Assembly: GCA_040954595.2 (NCBI GenBank)
Contig: CM082587.2
Span: 3,480,275-3,544,274 of the forward strand
Direction of reading: 5' to 3'
Origin: Balanoglossus misakiensis
Taxonomy: Eukaryota; Animalia; Hemichordata
Length of the DNA: 64,000 bases
Position numbers and translations under genes: made by a program. Of the stretch, positions 1 to 10,436 are shown piece by piece (position 1 is the first letter of the stretch; each line of letters begins with the position of its first letter). A model generated the notes under the pieces. It saw nothing but the letters and a program-made list of their open reading frames with translations. It was not told the DNA's origin and made no database searches.

Positions 1-727
1 ATCGACTGGCACGTGGAATCCAACAAAGAGTCATGGAAAACAGTAGATCCTGAATTCTCATCTATAGTACCTTCATGTTCGCGTACCGGTCATCATGACG
101 GTTGACATCATCATTTTGACAAGTGTATCACTTCACAAAGTGAATGACAACTCATAGCCATCGAATTCGATCTGACCATTCTGGTCATCTCGTGTTGTTT
201 AAACAGTTAGTTGATCGACGGATATTTGAGGAGATTGATTTATGTTTGGTGCAACACCTGAAAATAAACGAAGAGTTTCCAGAATGCGGAGAAGAAAAGG
301 AAAATACATGAATAATGGCTGCCACTAGCAAGTGTCACAGTTGGCCAGCACCAGCGTTCTACTGCTTTAAGCGCGTACAGTTGTCCGTGGACAGGCTACG
401 AGTTGTGTGACTATCCTTCCCTAGCCGAGTTATCGACCAATCAGGCATCATCTCTCATTCCTGAAAAATCAGAAAAATATGATTATACTATGTGGAGTTT
501 GGACTTAGAAAATCGAACTCAATAACGGTAAGCTATACAACCTACGTGTAATCTTTGAGACTTGATCACATATGGAATCATACATGTCGGATTGCTAAGT
601 TCGTTCACAGTCCCTCTTTTTTTTGAGGGGCCCTGAATGGCTTGGAAAACGACAGAGCGCCCCCTTCCGCTCAATGACAAACGGTTTCTGGGAACAACTG
701 CCTTACCTCGTATTCAACAAACAGCGA

Positions 728-1466
728 TTATGCGACGAGCGCCCGCACCAGTGTAGCCGCGAAGACTGTTAACAAAGTCACGCATGCGCCACTGCTTAAT
801 ATTTCAGCCGAAGAGTCTGAACAGAAGAGAGAAACCACGTGAAATACATATAAAAAAGTATGAACACAACCAAGTATTTGAATGACGGTTCAACGTTAAC
901 ACAGTAACTAACAGACGTCCGACATACAACAAACGTGACACCGTATCATCTTACCTGGTGTGGGATCGAAAGTTCTCCCTTCAGTAATATTGAGTGTAGG
1001 CCTACCAGTATAAATTGTCGCATTAGCAGGGGCACCTGTACCTGCCTGAGTACCGGGGCCAGTTGTCTGACGTACAGTCGATGTAGCAGCACCCGGGGCA
1101 GCGAGTGTCGTGACTGCAGTTGTCGGGGCTACACCTTAATATAAACAGAAAAAAATATCTGTTGATCAAGATGGCTAAACAGCCTCATACATATTCCACC
1201 AATCTGTTCTTATGTTTCAACTGGTTGTGTTGCTAGACAGCCACTTCATAGTTACATGGCAATATGCTCCCTAGTGAGAATCGATAAAGAAGTGTATACA
1301 TCTCATTAAACGGTTTAGTGTCTTTCAGTGCAGTCATGCCGTTGTTTGGTCATTCAGGAACAGGTGCGTGTACTTACTGCTCATGTTGGTGCTTTGTGAA
1401 TAGGTCGGCGTAACCATGGTTACAGCCACGATAAGCGCCAACAAACAAGCCAAAATCCAGTAATCC
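728..1466 (-). CDS. Small GPI-anchored mucin-like (Thr/Ala/Gly/Pro-rich) protein, paralog A; first (ATG) exon unresolved
   Basis: GT-AG exons 1466-1378 (DYWILACLLALIVAVTMVTPTYSQ, signal peptide), 1134-955 (VAPTTAVTTLAAPGAATSTVRQTTGPGTQAGTGAPANATIYTGRPTLNITEGRTFDPTP) and 816-728 (DSSAEILSSGACVTLLTVFAATLVRALVA*, GPI-signal-like hydrophobic tail). Phases 2/1/1 are identical to paralog B. A probable 3'UTR intron runs from the donor at ~706 to the acceptor at ~258. Confidence 0.75.
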
Positions 1467-3699
1467 CTGCAATCATACAAACAAAGTCTTCATTAAAATG
1501 AACATTCAACACATGGTCAACGTTTGCGCCTAATAAAAAATACTTAGTTGAATTTTATTGGTTCGTTTTGCAGCTATGCTACTGACGAATGTGAGTAATC
1601 TTCATACAGAACCCAGTCTATAACATATGAAAGTACTGCCACCGTTTGGTTTCTCAGTTTTATGGGCAGGTCTTGTATAAAGTCTTTGGCAAGAATATAT
1701 TAGACAGGTGACGCGCAGTGTTTCCATTCGTTGCGGAGAGACCTTCAGATATTACACCTAGCCACGACTGTCGGAAAGTCCTACTCTAAGTTCGACGACA
1801 GTGACAAGTTTCAGGTTTCATACCAACATTTCGACCCTACACGGACGAGCGCCCTCAGAAAGCCTTCCCCAACTGATGTTGGGAGAACCGTTTGATACTT
1901 GGAGTGCATATGGAACGGAGAATGACTTTTGAGGGGAGATGGAAATTATGGCGTGAATTATTTGTTTAAAATCTTCGTTCTATTTTGAATACTAGTATAG
2001 AGTCAAACTACCCACCCCCCGGAAATTCTGGTTCAACAGAAAGAAAATACACCATTACATTCGTTTTATCCTGTTACGGATTTTTTTGGCTCACTGTAAA
2101 TCCGTTCGCGATTTTGCAATATTATGATGGCTGTTTGTAAATGAATTGCCATAGTCGTTATGCAGTTACGATTTAACTATAATGACTCACTCATGGACTC
2201 TCGGCACGAACTTTCTCGGCCTTTTGCCAGAAACAGTACTCTTCGGTTACGTGTCCGTTAAAAAACCGACAACAGCACCTGAATCCACTTGATATCAATT
2301 TGACTTCACGTTATTATCAAAGCGCTGCTATATATTTTCCAATGCCCACACAGTCAAATAACATGTCGAAGTTTTGACACAAAATGTCGGAGTCTATATC
2401 AAAGTCGAACAAAAATCAATATGTCTCATATACGTTATTGTATATGACGTGTTTTTGACCAGTCGGCATGTGGCAGCCAGCCCGAGAATTGAATGTAGAT
2501 GGGGAAAAGTTGTTGTAATCTGTTTGCTATTCATGTTGATTCGTCTTGTACAAACCGCACCCGTAAAATTTGCGACACCTGGTATCGTGACAAACTATGG
2601 TGCTTCGCGACAAACTCATTTATCTCACGTTTTACATATAAATGCGGCATTTGCGTTGCCATCTGTCTGACAGCGAATACTGGCCGAGGGTTCCATCTGT
2701 CCAGGTGGAGTGTGCACTGACGCCTTACCATTACAATCAACTCTTGAAACAGGGGACTGAAACTGGTTTGATCGGCGTACGTATACAGACCTTTCCATCT
2801 TCAATTGCAGGTGATGTTGTCGCTGCCACTGTCCTCTTCGAAGCTTCAGAAATGGATTCAACAGGCGGGGGTGGCGAAATATATATAGGAGCTAGTCGCT
2901 ACGGAGACGTTAAGAAACCATGTGCACAACAAAACAAAGTAACTATGCCGTCATGTTAACGCAGACGATGACGGCTTTCTAACTTGCAAACTTTTCCAGC
3001 GAAGCAATAATGTGATTGGTTAATGTGGACAGGTGATTGACTTGTGACATACTCGACCCACGAATGAAGGAGTGTCGTAGTATACTGTTGAACTTAAGCT
3101 TTTGGTATACAAACACAACGAGTAATCGACCGACTCTGTCGCCATGGTTAATGATACCATCACAATGAGAGCATATTTCTGAATATGACCGTGACTTGGC
3201 ATACAGTGACACCAATGCCTCACGAGGTCGTCTGTATCTCTCTCTGCCAGTGCAACATTAACTTCCCGCACTTGATCTCAGTGTCCATCGAATTTTGATT
3301 AAAAAGAAACCATCACGTAGGCAAGTTAATCTACGCACTGCGTTGATTTTTATTCTTCATAAGGTTCAATAAATAATGACAAGCACACATAAACTGTCAC
3401 ACAAGTTTAAATTATTAAACGTAGCTGTAAGAGATAAACTTCACACAGTTTATTAGTTGCCCTTTTCCTTGAGACATGAGGTAAAAGAAGTAAGTTTCAG
3501 CCATTTTTTTTTCTTTTCAGTCAACAACAACAACGACGTCAACAGTCATGCAACTCCAATATGTGCATATCGGCTGGAACACAACTGGCATCAAGTACAG
3601 AGTCATGGAAACAGTGGAGTCTGTATTCTCGTCTATAGTACCTTCATGTGTGTGTACCAATCATCATAAAGCTGAAGGCATCGCTGCATGGGTTTCAAC

Positions 3700-5790
3700 T
3701 TAAGCAGTAACCCTGGCTAACAGGGTCAAAAGCAAAGACAAACTGGCGGAGAACATGGTGCTGGTTAAAATGTTTGCAGAACTTCCTGTGAGGGAAAACA
3801 AAATTAATAGAAATGCTTTAAACTTGTAAATGTTATTGAAATATTCACAGTTGAGTGATTTATTTTTCGATAATACACGTCGTTTGCAGTTCTGAGACGA
3901 GTTGCCTCAGGTGATTCATAATTAATAATTTATAAAACCTAAATATCATTTAGTGATTCAGAAATTGCTTCAACCCATGGAGGGTTGATTGTTTTAGTTC
4001 GCCTATCAAATACATGTACTCATTTTCCTCAATCAAAACCGCCGATAACCAGTGTACATATTTATGAACTTGTATATATACAACATGATAATCACAGTGT
4101 AATACATGTATAAAGAAACTCGTATATTAACCTTCAGTAGGTTCAGGTTCGGGTGTGGTGACGTTGCCGGCCGTTGGCTCGCTCTCAGTCCCGGTGTTGT
4201 GTGTAGCGCCTCCTCCTGCAGTCCCGGTATCTGTGGTGCCTCCTCCAGCGGCAGTCGTTGGCGCCACTGTCGCATGCAAAGAAATAATGATGGTAGGAAT
4301 ATGAATGACATGGAAAGAATGGCATAGATCAGAATTTCTGCGTCCCAGGTAAAATAGAAATTGCAGTGCGGACAAACAGTTCGGATAGCATGCACTGACA
4401 CGGTAGCAATCGAGCGATGTCACTGTTTGGGTAATAAATTTAGACCCCGACAATCCTGATTGGTCAATTACGTTCCACACAGCTGAAACAGGTAGACCCC
4501 TCACAGCACTTTTGATTGGTCAATAACGCTATGTCCTCTTGGAACAGGTGTGCAACGTAGACGCTTCAGACAATTTACGTTGACCTGGGCGTTGACCCTA
4601 TAATGTTTGTACGCATCTCGTACGTACCGGTTGTTGAAGCGCTCGGCGACACAAGCATCACCGCGATGATGAAAACTGCGAAGAGTGCCAAAAGCAAGTA
4701 GTTCCTGCAGGAGAGATAGAGGTAAAACGCGTTGAGGGAAAAAACGTGATATAAGCTTTATAGTAACGTTTTTTAAACGTGAATTGCAGTGTCCAAAATT
4801 GATATCTAAGCCCTTGGATGGTGGACAACGTCATTGTTCTCACAGTTACTGACTAAATAAAACGACGCGAGTGGAAATGCCTGTCAGAGTTGTATATTGA
4901 GAGAACGATGATTTCTTGGAAAGACATAATATGTTTGCGAAAATTACGAAACAGCATGCCGTACAGGCCGGATAACATTTGGCCGATTCGTTCACAGAAA
5001 TGCGTGTGATGGAACGAAGGGGATCGAGTTTGAGGAAGAGGGAATGACATCGCCGATCAGTAAAATTCCTAACGCACCGTCTCCCTTCAAGCTGTGGCGT
5101 CCATACACACTGAACCTTCAGCCGTTAGCTGTCCCTGACAACGAGCACTGAAACAGGGCAGGCTGCCATATTTGAAGTTGACAACCGCTCATAATTTCGA
5201 CTTGTCCTTGAGAACGATAAAGAATTTATGAGATACAAGGACTTGACCCCGAACCAAACGGACCACATTTCGCCGAATGAACCCGCTTCTTTGGGAAGAT
5301 AGGAATGTGTTAACGTTTTACTTGCGTCGTCCATTGGTAAGGCTCTTTGGTTGGTCTCGGCCACTGCCTGAGGTATCGGATGGCAATTCGCCTTTCCCCC
5401 TGCCATGTAGTAATAAAGACAGCGAGGATTTGAAAATAGAATCGATTCACTTTACACGATTGAGACGCTTAGAAATCAGAGGCAGGCTGGCAGGCTCACA
5501 CGGTACCACTGATTGGTACATTGTTCACCATTAAAACCTACTCGCCTAAAACGCTTACTAGTAAAAGCCCGACTCGCGTTAACCCTTCATGCCCGTTCAT
5601 GTTTTATTAGACGAACACTCACTTTTCCATGATGGCGTTGGAAGGTTAAAATTCGAAAGCCAATCGAGTGAACAACGGTATATATAGTTCCGGCGAATTG
5701 ACACATATTTTGACCGTTTCAGCAAAAGTTGGGCCGTTTTGAGCTAGTACCAGATCTAGAGATGGAAAAAGGCGATCAGTCTCACCTCAT
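3700..5790 (-). CDS. Small GPI-anchored mucin-like protein, paralog B (~100 aa)
   Basis: Exons 5790-5786 (ATG AG), 4704-4628 (MRNYLLLALFAVFIIAVMLVSPSASTT), 4266-4132 (VAPTTAAGGGTTDTGTAGGGATHNTGTESEPTAGNVTTPEPEPTE) and 3785-3700 (GSSANILTSTMFSASLSLLLTLLARVTA*). All GT-AG, in frame, 303 nt. AATAAA on minus at ~3449-3454. Confidence 0.8.
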
Positions 5791-6987
5791 GATGATGTCC
5801 TTGTCTGTAGACGCAGTCCTCTTCTGAAATGATCTCGGCAGTTAAACGATGGCGAGTTTTACTAGTGAGGGTTGCTAGGGAGACCGCGTGATCATAACAA
5901 ATAATACGACCCATTGGATGATTTGTGTGGTTTGAAGAGAGCGGACTTTTCTGATTGGTCTAAATTCAAACTGCACGAATTGCTGTGATCAATTATTGAC
6001 AGGTGATCTTGACACATATCAAACAATCTTGTTTTATGTCTCATACCACAAGGTCCTGTGACTGTATCTTATTTTGTATTGTGTTTATCAAAATATCACA
6101 CACTGTTCTGATTCACGTCAGTATGGGACTGACCAAAATGGTAAAAAGTTGTCATTTCCCTGATGTTTATATAAATATATGTGATTTGACTCTGTTTCTT
6201 TGATATCGACCGGGAATCTTGGCAGTCGTGACAGGATACTGTCTTTGATCATGAATTTAAATTTCACCACAGGGAGCGTTGTTTGGACAGTTATTATATG
6301 GTCCCGATGCATTTGTCTGTATGTTAAGGCTTAAACTTGTGGTCGACAAACGAGAAAGGGTATCATATAATAAAGTCCCTCCCTTAAAACGTGGGTGGTG
6401 ATATATAATCATACAATATAATTGACAAGTGCCCAACTAGAAAGGATTGCAACAGGAAACAAGGAGTGTCTATTATTTCGAAAACAGTTACGGTTGATAT
6501 GATCGCAGATCGAAAGATGATCTCATACCAGTTGCGAGATCTCGCAAGAATTGGTTAATTACCAATCGATACTGCTGGGCGATTATCGATTATGTCTTCA
6601 TGATCCCACCACAACACACAAGCCAGAGTCACGTGCGCGACGTCCTGAAATCGTTTGAACACAGTGCAATTACACAGAAGCCAGAAGATGTCGACATCTT
6701 CAGTGCAATAATGACGCCTACACAAAACTACCCAAACGACAAGGGCCATAAACCATTACAGAAGTGGGGCTAGTCGCCCCTATCAAGCCGTTCAATATCG
6801 TGAAATACCACAGATTATGACCCCTTCTGACAACTTAATTGGTAATGTAGTATGTACATACAAATGCAAGGCAAATAATTTCGTGTAAACAACATATTTA
6901 TTGGCAGGAGACCAGTTGCATGCATGTCTGAAGGAGGACAATGATCACCAAAATCTCAAATACCTTTAGAACTTTGCATGTTCATCT

Positions 6988-9037
6988 TCATGGAATGATG
7001 GTGATACCTATTCTGGGTGGAGGGGTAGTCTGGTCGGGTCGTTCAATTGTCTCCATAGGTATGTTGACGATAATGTCTTCAGGTAGTTCGACCACAGGTG
7101 CATTTTCGTCTTCATCTTTACTTTCTTCTACTGCAAGTTCTTTCACCACTTGGCTGTCATTAGCGGACGAATCTCCATGGTAACGGTGACAACTGGAAGA
7201 CCTCTGAGCAAATGGCACATCCGATCCCAGATAAGAAACCAATTCTGGTCGACAACGGCCCGCGCTGACTGTCCCGACATACACGCCGCACTTGTCATAG
7301 ATCGACGCTCTCCGGTCGTTTCGAGATTGCGCCATGTTGAGCCTCACAACAAATAACCGTTGCTGCCCAGACGTCACCCGCTTTCGAGAGCAGCACTTGG
7401 TCAGAACTTCCACCAGCGAGGCCCGGTATTTCTGATGCAAGAAGAAATAAATGAAGGGGTTCGAAGCGGACGACAGTTTTGCAAACATCGACGGAAGGAC
7501 GAACACCCAAAGCGGCAAGTCGGTGACATACATTGACAGCACGGATACCACGGCATAAGGTGTCCAGGTGACCATCAGAGCCACGAAGGAAAGTCCGCAC
7601 ATCTGGTAGAGAGATATGAGAGCATCTAAGTGTGGTGGTGTACAGGGGAACATTGACAATTCGTGGGTTTAATAGCTGGATTAATAATTAGGGCGCATTA
7701 CACTTCACGGAGCAGTTTTTTCCGTTCATCATGAGATAAGATTTCTCACACTTCGGGACATTTTATCTCAAATTACACAAATTATGCAAATTATCCCAAA
7801 TTCGTGTGTGAAATCTAATCTCAGGTCCTTTGGAGCGCGGAGATTATGTTCTTCATCCCTTGTGAGAGCTGCAAGAGGGATTGCATTCCATTTGGGACGT
7901 TGATTAGAATTAACTTCACCTACCAGAGACACTTTCTTCTGTCCGCCCCATCTTTGTTGCGCAGTGCAGTGTGGGATAGCACTCACAGTCGTGACGCAGT
8001 GGATTTTCTTGTTCCTCCGGGTGATCTGTCGGTAGCACCAGAACGCTGTGACCATGGGCAGGGCCCAGCAGAAGATAACGGCAGACCAAATGTAACTCAC
8101 TTCCAGCGGATTGGTAGTTGTCCACACTATGCTGCAAGACACGCGAAACGGCTCGGGGCCATACCTCCCCCATCCCTGTAAAGGTGGGATCGTCCATACC
8201 AAACTGAAGATCCACACAAACAGGAGCACTGCGCATGTCCTCCTTCTGGTCAGTTTGTGCTCTGTTGAAAGCAAAACAAAACACCGCTATAACAATTTTT
8301 AAGATATCATTCCTTATTAATACGTTTAGGAGGCGTGTTCATGCGAGGCAAAACTTGACAAAGTATTATAGGATACAATTTAAGAGCTTCACGTGGTACC
8401 GCTTTTAGAACTACTTGCAAATGAAATGTATAAATATTGCTTTTCTTACTGTAGATAGGCTTGCACACCATGACGTATCGGAACACGCTGACCGCCACCA
8501 AGGAGTAAATAGTGCACATTGACATCGTGTAGCAGATGAAGGCGTAGAAGAGACAACCGACGTCACCAAACACCCAGCGACGGAAGTAGCTGGAAATGCC
8601 TACCGCCGGGTAACCACACAGAGACACAACCGCGTTGCAACAGAAAACGTTGATGAATAGAAGGTCAATGCCTTTGTTTCGGAATAGCTTTTCCCGGATG
8701 AAAACAGCGATAGAAGTCACATTGCCCAGAAGTGCTGTCAGACCTACAACGGAGATTAAAATCACCCAGTTGAGAATAACACCATTATTTTACAACAATT
8801 CTGGCTGCCTTTAATAAATATGTTTTCACTTTCTGCTGGTGTTCAAATCAGATCGCATTATAATAATTGCATTCTGGGTAAAAAGTCGACAACTCACTGT
8901 AGTAAGAGATAGAAGAAATTGTATGTTTACTGTATTTCATAACAGTGGCTATATCACAACTAATGGAAGGAAAAACACCTTATATCCATATAAGTTTCTA
9001 CTTTGAAACTTATTAGTCTTGTTTGTCTCTGCCTTTC

Positions 9038-9075
<38 letters not shown>

Positions 9076-9188
9076 CACTCACACACACAGAGTGCGAAGT
9101 ACTGTGCATGTACCCACTCACCTAACACCATTATGTACACGGCAATCGCGTTGTAGCTACCCTCACTCAGTTTATCGGTCGACTCCAT
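6988..9188 (-). CDS. Opsin (class A GPCR), probably tetraopsin/group 4 (Go-opsin, neuropsin or peropsin-like), ~437 aa
   Basis: Four exons 9188-9122, 8743-8450, 8261-7924 and 7602-6988 join in frame (1314 nt). TM1 GN, TM3 WVFGDVGCLFY, ECL2 WGRYGPEPFRVSC (Glu181, Cys187 equivalents), TM6 WTPYA, TM7 PSMFAKLSSASNPFIY (retinal-binding Lys296 plus NPxxY). Confidence 0.92.
9043..9090. repeat. (CT)n/(CA)n microsatellite in opsin intron 1
   Basis: ctctctct... run followed by cacacaca. Confidence 0.9.
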
Positions 9189-10436
9189 GGGCAGTATATT
9201 TTCCTCAACAATTGTGGTCACGACTTAGTCGTTGTACTTCGTGGTTGGCGAGTGATGATTTGCAGACACTGCATTCTTTCCATCCAGGCATGCTTTCTGA
9301 ACTGAGCGCTTTGGAATACAGCGTACGTGTGTCATTTCGTGTGTCGTTAACACTGCTATATTGGCGTTGCAGTGAACCAAACACGAATTACCAAGCGCAC
9401 TTCTTTTTTAGTCTCCCAGTAGCCCATGATGTGTGTGGCAGCGTCATATTATTATCCAATTTAATCCTCACAGTTTAGGTAATTATTTACCGCTCGTTAG
9501 CCGAAAGACTCAGCATATGTGCACTCAGAAATTGGTGTTTGTTCTATGTTCCTATTTATAACAGTGTCACGAGGCAATTATTCGTTCATTGTCTTCATGA
9601 AGACTTCTTGCATCTAGCCTAATTGCCATCTTGATGTTGTCAGAAGGGAGTCCAGTTCATCATTTCGTGGGTGAATTAGTCAGTGGCTGTGACGAACGAA
9701 CGGTGCCAGAGTCATCAAACCTTTGTCATTTAAACTCAATTAAACTCATTAAGGAAATAAAGTGACGTCGACCAGCATTTACCTGGAATCTCTTTAAACT
9801 TAATTGACAAGAATTCACCCTGTCTGCAATTTGCATCACGTGAATAAAATGTATTTTTCGATTGACGTGATACAGCAGTAACCAAGCGTAAAGTCATGCA
9901 TTGTAGTACGTATTTTATTTCAATGTTAAAAAATATCAAGATTAACACTGCCAAACTGACACCGTGTACATTTCATCATGATCAAGTACATTGTCCAACT
10001 GGCAGTCAGGAATATGGAACATAGAACATGCAATACAACTAGTGCCAGTGAAATTACTCTGCCGTTTGATTAGATATGTTGTGTCCATACATTATGAAAT
10101 ATGAAAATCAATACAGAATGGTCCCAATTATTTCCATGGTGCAGAGGAAACTTTCCAGTCTCACATGTAGACGACAGTTCAATAACCACGTCCACGAAAA
10201 TGGCCCATTTGTGGTTGTAAAATGCCAGGCTGTTAATTTGTTCTATGTCTAGAGCGGCGCTTATGCTGAGAGCTTATCGTCACGCTTTCCGAGTATATAG
10301 TCTCCATCACACAATTTGACCAGCAGCTTGAAATTAAACAGACGAATGTGTTCCACCATTGACGTCTATCAAGCGAAGAGGGATTCTTGTGATAGTTGAT
10401 ATTCTATCTCAGACTCCTAAATCATCGGTTACTTCG

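Noticed and set aside
5-96. SECIS-like ATGA...AA...GA pattern in the conserved UTR block
   Set aside because: Spacing is non-canonical and neither host CDS has an in-frame UGA
203-257. Minus-strand exon beginning GVAPN..., resembling the mucin exon start
   Set aside because: It reaches a stop after 19 codons and is better explained as the 3'UTR exon spliced from the donor at ~706; an alternative terminal exon cannot be excluded
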